A DNA stretch of 64,000 bases from positions 1,323,361-1,387,360 of the forward strand of contig OZ244163.1 in assembly GCA_965216495.1 (NCBI GenBank), given 5' to 3'. Within the stretch, counting starts at the first letter, position 1; each line of letters opens with the position of its first letter. The notes beneath the pieces are model-generated. The model did not search any database. It was not told the origin of the DNA and saw only the letters and a program-made list of their open reading frames with translations. Below, piece by piece: positions 27,984 through 37,740 of this stretch. Made by a program: the position numbers and the translations under genes. Source of the stretch: Acidimicrobiia bacterium. Lineage in GTDB: Bacteria > Actinomycetota > Acidimicrobiia > Spongiisociales > ZC4RG35.

Positions 27984-28280
27984 GTGGACGAAGACCTGGA
28001 GCGCTACGAGACTGAGGTCGAGCTCAAGCTCTACAAGGAGTATCACGACGTCCTGCCCATGTTTGAGTTCGTCGTCGAGACTGAACGCCGTTTCTACCTA
28101 GCAAACGAGGTTGACGTGCAGGTGAAGGAAGCCAACGGAGCCGTCTTCTTCGAGGTGGAGATGGCCGACGCTTGGGTCTGGGACATGTTCCGACCTGCTC
28201 GCTTCCTAGAGAAGGTGAGGGTTCTCACGTTCCGCGATGTGAACGTGGAGAAGCTCGAGAAGACCGAGATCTCGATCTGA
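27984..28280 (+). CDS. DUF2469 domain protein
   Basis: 98 aa; conserved actinobacterial protein found between lepB/rnhB and yraN (Rv2901c-like position). Confidence 0.75.
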   Translation: MDEDLERYETEVELKLYKEYHDVLPMFEFVVETERRFYLANEVDVQVKEANGAVFFEVEMADAWVWDMFRPARFLEKVRVLTFRDVNVEKLEKTEISI

Positions 28281-28597
28281 GCGATCACCGGAACAAGCTC
28301 GGTCGTCTCGGAGAGCAGTTCGCTACTCATTGGCTGAAGCAGTTCGGCTTCGAGGTGCTTGGCCGGAATCTGACGGTGGGAACTGGTGAGATCGACATCC
28401 TGGCTCGCAGGGGCGAGCGGACCTTTGTGGTTGAGGTTCGTACTCGGTGGGGTGGTGAAGGAGATCCACTCGAATCGATCGACGGCGCCAAGCGTCGCCA
28501 GGTGGGCGCGCTGGCGCGTCGGGTGGGGGCTGAGGTCGGTTTGCTGGGGCTCCGGTTCGATCGAGTCGGGGTTGACCTGCATTGGTGTCTTGCGTGA
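28172..28597 (+). CDS. YraN/UPF0102 family endonuclease; start ambiguous
   Basis: ..KLGRLGEQFATHWLKQFGFEVLGRN..GEIDILARRGERTFVVEVRTR is the UPF0102 core. ATG 28172 would overlap the DUF2469 gene by 109 nt; an in-frame CTG at 28277-28279 forms a CTGA overlap with the DUF2469 stop. Confidence 0.7.
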   Translation: MGLGHVPTCSLPREGEGSHVPRCERGEAREDRDLDLSDHRNKLGRLGEQFATHWLKQFGFEVLGRNLTVGTGEIDILARRGERTFVVEVRTRWGGEGDPLESIDGAKRRQVGALARRVGAEVGLLGLRFDRVGVDLHWCLA

Positions 28598-28621
28598 GAT
28601 TGCGCGTTTAGGATCCTCGGC

Positions 28622-29515
28622 GTGCGTAGCGATCGGGCGATCCAGGTGTCAGGGCTGGTCAAGACCTATGGGTCAACCGAGGCCGTCAGAGGTCTCGACT
28701 TCGAAATTGCCTCAGGGAAGCTAACGGGATTCCTGGGTCCCAACGGAGCCGGCAAAACCACAACCTTCCGCGCGCTTCTAGGTCTAACTCGGCCCGATGC
28801 AGGTGAGATCGAGGTGCTGGGAATGAAGGTACCTACCCAGCTCAATGAGATCGTCAAGAGGGTGGGCGTCATCATCGAGGAGCCCGGTCTCATATCGGCC
28901 CTAACCGGGCGCCACAACCTCGGCGTCGCTGCCGACACACTCGGATTTGGGCACGGCCGAATCGACGAGATGCTCGAGTTCGTTGGCCTCTCGGGTGACG
29001 CCGATCGGCGAGCGCTCGAGTACTCCAAGGGCATGAAGCAAAGATTGGCTCTCGCCGCGGCGATGCTGGGAGACCCTGAGCTGCTCATTCTTGACGAGCC
29101 GCTCGACGGTCTAGATCCAGCTGGACAGCACGCATTTCGGGCGCGTCTAAAAAATCTCGCAGCGCAAGGGCGGACGGTTGTGGTTTCGAGCCATGACCTG
29201 GCAGACATCGAAGCGCTTGCCGATGACGTCGTTGTCCTGAACAAGGGGAAACTCGTTACCCAAGGCCCGTTGACCGACCTGCTCCAAGGCGGCCAAACCC
29301 GCGTCAAGGGCGTCGGTGCGGTGGCATCGGAGATTCTGACGCGAGCAGGATTCGAGGTTCAGAGAGACGATGAGGGTTTGATCGTCGATAGCGAAGACAC
29401 TGCGCTCGTTCTCAAGACGTTGGCCGAGGCTTCGATCTATCCCCAGGAGGTTTCACCGGCTCGACCGAACCTGGAGTCGGTCTTCTTGGGTCTGACGGGA
29501 GACGACAGTCTATGA
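28622..29515 (+). CDS. ABC transporter ATP-binding protein
   Basis: Walker A GPNGAGKTT, signature YSKGMKQRLALA, Walker B LLILDEP. Confidence 0.85.
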   Translation: MRSDRAIQVSGLVKTYGSTEAVRGLDFEIASGKLTGFLGPNGAGKTTTFRALLGLTRPDAGEIEVLGMKVPTQLNEIVKRVGVIIEEPGLISALTGRHNLGVAADTLGFGHGRIDEMLEFVGLSGDADRRALEYSKGMKQRLALAAAMLGDPELLILDEPLDGLDPAGQHAFRARLKNLAAQGRTVVVSSHDLADIEALADDVVVLNKGKLVTQGPLTDLLQGGQTRVKGVGAVASEILTRAGFEVQRDDEGLIVDSEDTALVLKTLAEASIYPQEVSPARPNLESVFLGLTGDDSL

Positions 29516-30276
29516 GTCTCGCAGCGGCTGAGTACCGCAAGATCAGCAGACGAAGGCTCTATCCGGTGATGGCCCTTGTGTTGATGCTGTTCGTGGGGCT
29601 GGCCGCCTTTTTTCTGGTGGTCTTTGGCCAGATAGCGCCAGACGTCGCAGAGGGCCTCCCAACCCTCAGGCGCCCAGAGGTATTTTCCATCGGGGCTCAG
29701 CAAGCGGCAACCCAGACATGGTTTCCGGTGATACTGGCCGTAGTCATCTTTGGTGGCGAGCTCGGCACCACCGTGTGGGCGACGAGTCTGACTCGTGATT
29801 CACGAAAGTTCAATCATGTATTGATCAGGTTGATCACCTATACCATCGCCAGCTTGGTCGCCTTTGTGGCCGCCTTTGGATTCTGGACTCTTCTGGCCCT
29901 GGTGTTTGCCGACGGCGAGGGGTTCATGCCTGTTTCGGAGTTGTTGGGTTTCTTGTGGAAGTCGGCGGTCGTCGCTTTTGCGTGGAGTTCGCTCGGCGTT
30001 GGGGCAGTCGCGCTACTTCGGTCGATTGGGCCAGCGATCGGCGTTGGCCTGGCCATAGTTTTCGCCGAAGGGTTCCTGGCCTTGTGGGGCCCTTGGGAGA
30101 ACGTGTCGATCTCGGCAGCGACCACCGGACTGTTCCCGGTCGATTTCGGCGGACCGTTTCAGGATTTGATTCCGGGTTTTGGCCTGCCGCTATGGCACCA
30201 ACTGGCGATTCTCGCCGGGTGGTCGGTGCTGGGACTGTTGCTTACATGGTGGGGTCTTCAGCGGCGCGACGCCTGA
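29512..30276 (+). CDS. ABC-2 type transporter permease (6 TM)
   Basis: 254 aa hydrophobic protein; 4-nt overlap with the ATPase gene. Confidence 0.6.
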   Translation: MSLAAAEYRKISRRRLYPVMALVLMLFVGLAAFFLVVFGQIAPDVAEGLPTLRRPEVFSIGAQQAATQTWFPVILAVVIFGGELGTTVWATSLTRDSRKFNHVLIRLITYTIASLVAFVAAFGFWTLLALVFADGEGFMPVSELLGFLWKSAVVAFAWSSLGVGAVALLRSIGPAIGVGLAIVFAEGFLALWGPWENVSISAATTGLFPVDFGGPFQDLIPGFGLPLWHQLAILAGWSVLGLLLTWWGLQRRDA

Positions 30277-30473
30277 GCCCCATAGACCCGGCGCAGCTCC
30301 TTGTGCCAGCAGCCGTGATGCCAATGGCGTCTCAGGTCCACTGCTTCGTCAGGTATGACCACGAGGTGGAACGTGCGGGGAGCGATTGCCGTTTCGCAGC
30401 CAGGGCAGAGGTACTCCTTGCGCGCCTGGTAAGGCTGGATTGGGTTGACGGTTACCCCGAGGATATGGCCCAT
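30258..30473 (-). CDS. small Cys/His zinc-ribbon-like conserved hypothetical protein
   Basis: 71 aa; CPGC ..(28 aa).. HHGCWH suggests a treble-clef Zn site; divergent from the enoyl-CoA hydratase gene. Confidence 0.4.
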   Translation of the reverse strand: MGHILGVTVNPIQPYQARKEYLCPGCETAIAPRTFHLVVIPDEAVDLRRHWHHGCWHKELRRVYGAQASRR

Positions 30474-30538
30474 GCGATGACAACAACGGTCGCGATTACG
30501 GCTAGCGCCGCCACGATCAGTTCGGCGCGACTCTTGTC

Positions 30539-31390
30539 TTGCTCTCGGAACGGATTGAAACCCACGGCAGGGACGGTAACGGCTGGCACAGGTTGTCTAC
30601 TGTCTTGCGCGTGGACTGGTTGAGAACCGAATCAGACGGAGCCGTGCGGGTGGTCACGATTGATCGGCCGGAGCGAAAGAACGCAATACCCGCCGAGGGG
30701 TGGGCAGCCCTTGGTGATGCCATCGTTGAGTTTGAGCAGGGTGACGACCGAGTTTTGATTCTCACGGGCGCTGGCGGCGAGTTCTGTGCTGGTGCCGACC
30801 TCGATCCCTCTCGGATGGAATCCGTCGTCTCGACTGCGGCAGCCCATCGACGCATGAAGCTGGTGGAACGAGCCGCGACGGCTCTTCACCGAACAACTAA
30901 GCCCACGATTGCAGCCGTGGATGGGGTAGCAGTAGGAGCTGGGATGAATCTGGCGCTGGGTTGTGATGTTGTTATTGCGTCCATTCGTGCTCGCTTCTCT
31001 GAAATCTTTGTCAAGCGAGGCCTGACCGTGGACTTCGGCGGAACCTGGCTGCTGCCGAGGATCGTGGGTCTTCAGAGGGCGAAGGAGTTGGCTCTTTCCG
31101 GACGCATCGTTGATGCGGAGGAGGCCCGATCGATTGGCCTCGTTATGGAGGTGGTTGAGGTGGACGAGTTGACGAACCGAGCTCGCGAGGTCGCAGATTC
31201 CTTCCTGCAAGGAGCTCCCTTGGCCCAGATGTTCACCAAACAGGGACTCAATGCATCGTTTCAGTCATCTTTTGCCGAGTCGGTGAGTTGGGAGGGGCAA
31301 TCTCAGTCAATAGCTCTCGGATCCGAGGACGCGATCGAAGGCGTGGCCGCGTTTCTTCAGAAGCGAGATCCTGACTGGAAGGGTCGCTAA
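30539..31390 (+). CDS. enoyl-CoA hydratase/isomerase family protein (true start probably near GTG ~30611)
   Basis: Crotonase fold: ..AVRVVTIDRPERKNAI.., oxyanion-hole GAGGEFCAGADL, ..DGVAVGAGMNLALGCD.. Confidence 0.85.
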   Translation: MLSERIETHGRDGNGWHRLSTVLRVDWLRTESDGAVRVVTIDRPERKNAIPAEGWAALGDAIVEFEQGDDRVLILTGAGGEFCAGADLDPSRMESVVSTAAAHRRMKLVERAATALHRTTKPTIAAVDGVAVGAGMNLALGCDVVIASIRARFSEIFVKRGLTVDFGGTWLLPRIVGLQRAKELALSGRIVDAEEARSIGLVMEVVEVDELTNRAREVADSFLQGAPLAQMFTKQGLNASFQSSFAESVSWEGQSQSIALGSEDAIEGVAAFLQKRDPDWKGR

Positions 31391-31839
31391 CCCTCCCCTA
31401 TGTCTTCGTCCCACAGTCGGGGGTAGGCGTCGATGAACGAGGTCATGATTTCGACGCATTCCTGACTATTCATCACTACCACCTCAACACCGCGACTCCG
31501 CAGGTGGTCCTCGGCTCCGGTAAAGGTGGAGTTCTCTCCGACTACGACCTTGGGGATTCCATAGAGCAGGATGGCGCCACTGCACATGTCACACGGCGAC
31601 AACGTGGTGTACATCGTGGCTGCGGCATATACAGCGGCTTCGAGTCGACCCGCGTTCTCGAGGGCCGCCATCTCACCGTGAAGCGTGACGGAGCCCTTCT
31701 GCACTCGCTGGTTGTGCCCGCTGCCGAGTACTTGGCCGCGTGCAATCAGTGCCGCGCCAATGGGAATCCCACCTTCGGACAAACCTCTTTTTGCTTCGCT
31801 GATAGCGATGGCCATGCCCGATGCGTCCATTGGGGACAT
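31387..31839 (-). CDS. nucleoside deaminase (CDA-fold, TadA/GuaD-like)
   Basis: HGEMAA..(E) and SPCDMCSGA zinc-ligand motifs. Confidence 0.8.
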   Translation of the reverse strand: MSPMDASGMAIAISEAKRGLSEGGIPIGAALIARGQVLGSGHNQRVQKGSVTLHGEMAALENAGRLEAAVYAAATMYTTLSPCDMCSGAILLYGIPKVVVGENSTFTGAEDHLRSRGVEVVVMNSQECVEIMTSFIDAYPRLWDEDIGEG

Positions 31840-31862
31840 GCTAGGGACGGGGATAATCTGGC

Positions 31863-33272
31863 GTGATGCCTCGCATCTCGGTCGCCGCGCCCTCTCCGAC
31901 TATCACCGCGGCTGCCATGGAAATCGTTGCCAGCGGGGGAAATGTTGTTGACGCGGGCGTCGTTGCAGCCCTTACCGCAATGTGCACAGAGCCAGGAGTT
32001 TGTGGACCCGGTGGCGGAGGGTTTTTGACCATCGATGTCCCGGGTCGGGATCCAGTGGTGATCGACGGCTACATGGCGTATCCCGGCAAGGGGTTCACCG
32101 GTGTTCCTCACACTCGGAAGATTGAGATGACTTACGGGGGTGGAACCACGACGTATGTCGATGCTGGATCGGTGGCTGTTCCCGGCGCCTTGGCTGCCTT
32201 TGAGATGGCCTCACGAATGTTCGGTGTGGCACCGTGGCGAGACTTGATGGAGGTTGTCGCAATATCGGTCGACCAGGGGTTCCCTTTGTCGAGACCAGCT
32301 CATCTCTATCTGACGGAAGGTGCCGCTCCGATATATCAGTCCGACCCGGTGGCCCGCAGTGCCCTTTTCGAGGACGGAGTGGCCAAACCCGAAGGAGCAC
32401 CAATCAAGTTTGAGGGTCTGGGTGAGACCCTCAGATACATCGGCGAAGAAGGGGCAGGTGTTCTGTACCGGGGAGACCTGGGCAAAGCAGTCTCAGACGA
32501 CATCCTCATGCGTGGCGGCCAGCTGACCAGGCGTGACATGGAGGAGTACACAGCCGTTGCTCGCCAGCCATTGCACCGTCCACTCGCAGACTTCGATCTC
32601 ATCCTCAATCCAGAACCCGCTGTCGGGGGCGTAACAGTGGCGCGTGTCCTGTTCGAACTGGAAATCCACGATGCACATTGGCCCAAGGGCCTTGTGGAGG
32701 CCCTCGTTGATGCTTTCAGAGAACGTCGGTCGGGTGCCAGGTCACCGTCGACGATCAGCGTGGCAGCCGGCGACGATGAGGGCGGGGCTGTTGCGGCTTC
32801 CTTCTCGGCCGGTTACGGGTCGGGCCTGATACCCGCAGGTACCGGGATGTTGATGAACAACGCCCTCGGTGAGGTGGAGTTGATGGCAGACGGGGACCAT
32901 GTCCCAGGTGATCGGATGGTTTCAAATATGGCTCCGACGGTCGCCCGACGACACGGTGAGTCGATTGCGATCGGCTCGCCCGGCGCCGACCGGATCACAA
33001 CCGCGGTGGCTACGACACTGGCTCGCCTTGCTCGCGGGGACACGCTCGAGGAAGCGATCAAACGTCCGCGGGCTCATCCTGAGTTTGGGGACTTTGGGGT
33101 GCGAGTCGCTGTCGAGCCCGGTCCGGAGCTCGACAGTTTGGATCTGCCGCTGCGTACGTTCGATGGTCCGCACATGTTCTTCGGCGGAGTCAATGGAGCG
33201 GGGATGCTCAATGGACAACTGCAGGCGTTTGCTGATGCGCGCCGCACCGGTTCGGTGAGATTCAGCGACTGA
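31863..33272 (+). CDS. gamma-glutamyltransferase family protein
   Basis: 469 aa; Ntn-hydrolase GGT architecture with conserved GGG and DGD segments. Confidence 0.8.
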   Translation: MMPRISVAAPSPTITAAAMEIVASGGNVVDAGVVAALTAMCTEPGVCGPGGGGFLTIDVPGRDPVVIDGYMAYPGKGFTGVPHTRKIEMTYGGGTTTYVDAGSVAVPGALAAFEMASRMFGVAPWRDLMEVVAISVDQGFPLSRPAHLYLTEGAAPIYQSDPVARSALFEDGVAKPEGAPIKFEGLGETLRYIGEEGAGVLYRGDLGKAVSDDILMRGGQLTRRDMEEYTAVARQPLHRPLADFDLILNPEPAVGGVTVARVLFELEIHDAHWPKGLVEALVDAFRERRSGARSPSTISVAAGDDEGGAVAASFSAGYGSGLIPAGTGMLMNNALGEVELMADGDHVPGDRMVSNMAPTVARRHGESIAIGSPGADRITTAVATTLARLARGDTLEEAIKRPRAHPEFGDFGVRVAVEPGPELDSLDLPLRTFDGPHMFFGGVNGAGMLNGQLQAFADARRTGSVRFSD

Positions 33273-33315
33273 CGACCCCCTAGAACCCGGTCTCTCGAAT
33301 CCATACGGTCGCAGA

Positions 33316-34743
33316 ATGTATGCGGCCACGACTTCTGTTGCTCTCGTCGGTGGTGATGTGCGTCCTGTCGAAGTCCAGGTTCATGTAGGCCGACCCCAAG
33401 AGACGTTCAAGCTCAGCGGGCTTCCCGACACTGCCGTTCGAGAGGCCAAGGACCGAGTTAGGGCGGCAATCGTGTCTAGTGGGATCAAGTTTCCGTCACG
33501 AGCCGTCACCGTCAATCTCGCTCCGGCCCACTTGCCGAAGTCGGGGACGGATTATGACCTGCCGATAGCAATCGGGGTGCTGGCGGCCTCAGGAGAGATT
33601 CCGCTCACGGGCCACGATGTCATCGTTGGTGAGCTAGCTCTCGACGGCACACTCCGCTCAGTCAGCGGAGCAATAGGAGCCGCAGTGATGGCGGCGCGCC
33701 GGAATGCTCTATGCGTAGTTCCCAAACCTGACGGCCCAGATGCCGCTGCTGTACCGGGCGCCAAAGTCCACGGCGTTTCGAACCTCGCCGAAGCTGTGGA
33801 CGTGTTTCGGGAAGGTCGCGACGCAGCTACACCCTCGATTGCACGAAGGTCGTCGCCCACCGAGGTTCATGAAGCTGACCTCGCCGATGTCAAGGGCCAG
33901 CCCATGGCGAGAAGGTCAATCGAGGTCGCAGCGGCTGGCGGTCATCATGTGCTGCTTCATGGGCCACCTGGTGGGGGCAAGACGATGCTTGCACGTCGTC
34001 TCGGGAGCGTTTTGCCGCTGCTGTCCGATGATGAGGCTGTCGAGGTCGCCCTCCTCCATGCTGCGGCCGGGCTCAAACGTGGGATAGATCATCGTCGACC
34101 CTTTCGGTCGCCCCACCACACTGCCACGCGGGCCGCTCTCGTTGGTGGTGGCTCGGGGGTTCCAGTTCCTGGTGAAGTGTCGATGGCACACCGAGGTGTT
34201 CTGTTCCTTGACGAGCTCGCAGAGTTCCCCAGGGGCAATCTCGATACGCTGCGTCAACCCCTCGAAGATGGTGTGGTGACGGTTGCTCGCCGTGGGTCGA
34301 CTGTGACCTTCCCAGCATCGTTCCATCTGGTGGCTGCGACCAATCCGTGCCCTTGCGGGTTCTACGGCGATCGGAAACGACCATGCGAATGTAGGCCGGC
34401 GAGCCTATCCAAGTACCGAATGAGGGTTTCGGGACCGCTCTTGGACAGGTTTGACCTCGTAGTCCAAGTCGGCCGATTGCAGTCGTACGAGACGCCAGGC
34501 GAACCGACATCGGTGGTGCGTGCCCGAGTTGCGGCGGCGAGGAGTCGACTCTCGGCCGGCCCCCCGGAACTCGATGGAAATGGGCGGTCGATGCTCGAAG
34601 CGGCCCTGGTCGCCGGAGTGATCACAGCTCGTGGCAGAGCAAAGCTGGAGCGCGTTGCTATCACCCTGGCGGCGGTCGACGACCGCGAGTTGGCGGGCGA
34701 AGAGCAGGTAGCCGAGGCCATGGCCTTGAGGGGGGAATGGTGA
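33316..34743 (+). CDS. comM: YifB/ComM family Mg-chelatase-like AAA+ ATPase
   Basis: 475 aa; N-terminal Lon-like domain, Walker A GPPGGGKT, Walker B/sensor, C-terminal ComM domain; syntenic with dprA. Confidence 0.9.
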   Translation: MYAATTSVALVGGDVRPVEVQVHVGRPQETFKLSGLPDTAVREAKDRVRAAIVSSGIKFPSRAVTVNLAPAHLPKSGTDYDLPIAIGVLAASGEIPLTGHDVIVGELALDGTLRSVSGAIGAAVMAARRNALCVVPKPDGPDAAAVPGAKVHGVSNLAEAVDVFREGRDAATPSIARRSSPTEVHEADLADVKGQPMARRSIEVAAAGGHHVLLHGPPGGGKTMLARRLGSVLPLLSDDEAVEVALLHAAAGLKRGIDHRRPFRSPHHTATRAALVGGGSGVPVPGEVSMAHRGVLFLDELAEFPRGNLDTLRQPLEDGVVTVARRGSTVTFPASFHLVAATNPCPCGFYGDRKRPCECRPASLSKYRMRVSGPLLDRFDLVVQVGRLQSYETPGEPTSVVRARVAAARSRLSAGPPELDGNGRSMLEAALVAGVITARGRAKLERVAITLAAVDDRELAGEEQVAEAMALRGEW

Positions 34744-35561
34744 CCCAGCCGTTCCTCAGCCACAAGGGAGACGACGTTTACCCGGACTCTCTATCTGACC
34801 TCGAGGATCCGCCTTTGATCTGGGTGGTCGGGTCCTTAAGGACGGATCCGGCCGTCGCCGTGGTGGGAACACGCCGTGCCACAAAATACGGGCTGACGCT
34901 CGCCGAGCAGTTTGGCCTTTTGATCGCGCGAGCTGGATGGGTCACCGTCAGCGGGCTTGCTAGGGGTATCGATACGGCGGCACACAGGGGCTGTGTCGAC
35001 TCAGGTGGCGTGGGTGTGGCAGTTCTGGGCAGTGGGATAGATGTGTGTTATCCGCCGGAAAACCGCTCGCTCTATGACGAGCTGATCACGACCGGCGGAG
35101 CGATCGTTTCGGAGTACGGCCCCGGCACTCCACCTGACCGGTGGCGATTCCCGGCTCGCAATCGCCTCATCGCGGCTTTGGCCAGTGCCATCGTGGTCGT
35201 CGAGTCCGCAGAGAAAGGCGGAGCGCTGATCACAGCAAGGCTGGGTGCTGAGATGGGCCGACCTGTTTTCGTCGTCCCTGGCGACGTAGATCGGCCGATG
35301 TCGGAGGGATGCAATCGACTGATCAAAGATGGAGCACATCCCCTGCTGGGTCCGGTCGATCTGGTCGAAGAGCTGAGCTTGGTTCTTGGCCCTCCGGTCG
35401 CTCGCTCCGAGACAAACCTGGATATCCCAATCGATGGTGTGGCTATCGGTGACCTGCCGGACCTGTGGGGACTTACGCTGAGTCAGGCAATGGTCCGATT
35501 AGGTCGTCTCGAACTGGCTGGTTCGGTTCGGCGGGTTGGCGAGATGCTCTTCCCCCGTTGA
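34737..35561 (+). CDS. dprA: DNA-processing protein DprA
   Basis: Rossmann-like DprA core (VVGTRRATKYG, ..VVESAEKGGALITA..); ATGGTGA overlap with comM. Confidence 0.85.
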   Translation: MVTQPFLSHKGDDVYPDSLSDLEDPPLIWVVGSLRTDPAVAVVGTRRATKYGLTLAEQFGLLIARAGWVTVSGLARGIDTAAHRGCVDSGGVGVAVLGSGIDVCYPPENRSLYDELITTGGAIVSEYGPGTPPDRWRFPARNRLIAALASAIVVVESAEKGGALITARLGAEMGRPVFVVPGDVDRPMSEGCNRLIKDGAHPLLGPVDLVEELSLVLGPPVARSETNLDIPIDGVAIGDLPDLWGLTLSQAMVRLGRLELAGSVRRVGEMLFPR

Positions 35562-35612
35562 GCCGCTCCATGCGGCCGGATTCGCGAAGAACGACGTTGG
35601 CTGCTTTAGCAT

Positions 35613-36506
35613 TTGAATGTGCGGTCGCCGGAAACTCCCAACTGGGCATCCTCGGAAGTCGAAGCCTATTTGAGTCGTCTCGAATCACAGCGAGGTTTGT
35701 CAGAGCACACCATTGCGGCTTATCGACGTGACCTGAACCAGTTCTTTGACTATTGCGATCGGCGCGGGATTCGTGCTTTGCGCGAGGTCGACCGGAGTAC
35801 GACGCGCCGATATCTGGCCTTTCTCGACACCCTTCAGTATGCCCGCCGCTCGAGGTCTCGAAAGGCGTCTGCTGTCAGGGCGTTCTACTCGGATCAAGTC
35901 CGGCGAGAGCGCATCGATGTCAACCCCTTTGACGGTGTGAGGGTTCCGCGACCCGATAAGAGCCTCCCGCACGCCATACCTTCAAGATCTCTGGGCACAG
36001 CCATTGATGAAATCGATGCGTCGACTCCTAGTGGTTTGAGAGACCGTGCACTGATCGAGACTCTCTATGCCACCGGATTGCGGGTCGCGGAGCTGGCAAC
36101 GATGACAATCCACGACGTTGGAGGCGATTCGGTAACTGTTGTGGGTAAAGGGGGGAAGAACCGTGTTGTGCCTATCGGGTCTCCGGCCCGCGCCGCGCTC
36201 CAGCACTACGTCGATCGGGGACGACCGCAGCTAACCGATTCTGGGTCTGGCGACGCATTGTGGCTCGGTGTCCGCGGCGGGAAGATGAGCGGGCGTAGCG
36301 TCCGGCGTGTTGTCAAGGCACACTTGGGCACGTTCCCTCATGCCATCAGACACAGCTTCGCTACGCACTTGCTCGAGGGTGGTGCAGATCTCCGGACCGT
36401 CCAGGACTTGCTCGGACATACCGACCTGGCGACAACGCAGATCTACACTGCCGTGAGCCGTCAACACCTGAGAGGAATCTATGACCAAAGCCACCCAAGA
36501 GCCTGA
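35613..36506 (+). CDS. xerC: tyrosine recombinase XerC
   Basis: N-terminal SAM-like domain and C-terminal catalytic R..HxxR..Y (..[37 protein letters not shown]). Confidence 0.85.
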   Translation: MNVRSPETPNWASSEVEAYLSRLESQRGLSEHTIAAYRRDLNQFFDYCDRRGIRALREVDRSTTRRYLAFLDTLQYARRSRSRKASAVRAFYSDQVRRERIDVNPFDGVRVPRPDKSLPHAIPSRSLGTAIDEIDASTPSGLRDRALIETLYATGLRVAELATMTIHDVGGDSVTVVGKGGKNRVVPIGSPARAALQHYVDRGRPQLTDSGSGDALWLGVRGGKMSGRSVRRVVKAHLGTFPHAIRHSFATHLLEGGADLRTVQDLLGHTDLATTQIYTAVSRQHLRGIYDQSHPRA

Positions 36507-37260
36507 GGCTGCTCAGGTCGACGGGCTTTGGCGGTCCTTCAAGGCGACCGGGGACGAGTCCGCCCGGGAGAGCTTGATCCTGCACTACTCCCCGCTAGTC
36601 AAGTACGTGGCCGGTCGCGTCGGCACCGGACTTCCCCGTAGCGTTGACCAAAACGACCTCGCCTCCTATGGGTTGTTTGGATTGATCGATGCGATCGACA
36701 AATTCGACCTTGAACGAGGATTCAAGTTTGAGACCTACGCGATCAATCGCATCAAAGGCGCAATTCTCGACGAGTTGCGCGCACTCGACTGGGTCCCTCG
36801 ATCGGTTAGGTCACGTGCTCGCCGCATCGAGGGTTCGATCGCGGAACTCGAACACAAGCTGCAGCGGCCGCCCACTGAGGAGGAAATCGCAGGCGACCTC
36901 GAGATGGGTGTGGGTGAACTCCGAGACGCGATGACACAGATCGGTCGTTCCGGGATAGCGGCACTCGACGAGTTCGTCGCGAATGACTCTTCGACTTCGA
37001 TGGGTGAAATGATCGCCGATCCCCTCGGCGTTTCGCCCGAGAGCGAGTTCCAGGCTGAAGAAACCCGACGGTCGTTGGCCGATGCAGTGCAACGACTCCC
37101 AAATCGGGAGCGGCTCGTCGTCACCCTCTACTACTACGAGGGCATGACCTTGGCCGAGATCGGCGATGTGCTGGGTGTTACCGAATCCAGAGTTTGCCAA
37201 ATCCACGCCAAGACCATGATGTCTCTGCGTAACCGTCTAGGTGATCCCTCCTGGGGCTGA
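36481..37260 (+). CDS. RNA polymerase sigma factor, FliA/WhiG (sigma-28) family
   Basis: 259 aa; region 2 (..[18 protein letters not shown]..), region 3 and region 4 (..[34 protein letters not shown]). Confidence 0.8.
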   Translation: MTKATQEPEAAQVDGLWRSFKATGDESARESLILHYSPLVKYVAGRVGTGLPRSVDQNDLASYGLFGLIDAIDKFDLERGFKFETYAINRIKGAILDELRALDWVPRSVRSRARRIEGSIAELEHKLQRPPTEEEIAGDLEMGVGELRDAMTQIGRSGIAALDEFVANDSSTSMGEMIADPLGVSPESEFQAEETRRSLADAVQRLPNRERLVVTLYYYEGMTLAEIGDVLGVTESRVCQIHAKTMMSLRNRLGDPSWG

Positions 37261-37740
37261 AGTAGCGACCTCGACTGCCACCGCACCGGTCATATCAGCG
37301 ATGACCGCCGGGTCGACACCAACAACGAGACCTCGGCTGCCAGCATTTATGTAGATGATCTCCAAGGCGAGGAGGGTGGATTCCATGAGCACCGGTAGCT
37401 TGGTGCGCGTACCCAAGGGAGAGGTTCCGCCGAACTGGTAACCAGTCCACCGCTGACCTTCCTCAACCGTTGCCGGTCTACAACTCTTTACACCAAGAAG
37501 CCGTGACAGAGACTTGGTGGACACCTCTCGATCACCGTGCATGATTACCAAGACTCCTCCCCCTTCTGAAGTTGCGAAGACCACGGTCTTTGCCGTTTCG
37601 TAGGGGTTGACCCCGATGAACTCGGCGGCGCCTTCAGCACCGGGGTGGCGTTTGTAGTCATACACGAACGGAACGAAGTCGACAGACGCTGACCGCAGGG
37701 CTCGGACCGCGGGGGTTGAGGGGATCTTTGGTTTGGTCAT
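37237..37740 (-). CDS. ybaK: YbaK/EbsC-family Cys-tRNA(Pro) deacylase
   Basis: 167 aa; YbaK fold with conserved ..KTVVF.. and GGTSPLG motifs. Confidence 0.8.
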   Translation of the reverse strand: MTKPKIPSTPAVRALRSASVDFVPFVYDYKRHPGAEGAAEFIGVNPYETAKTVVFATSEGGGVLVIMHGDREVSTKSLSRLLGVKSCRPATVEEGQRWTGYQFGGTSPLGTRTKLPVLMESTLLALEIIYINAGSRGLVVGVDPAVIADMTGAVAVEVATSAPGGIT

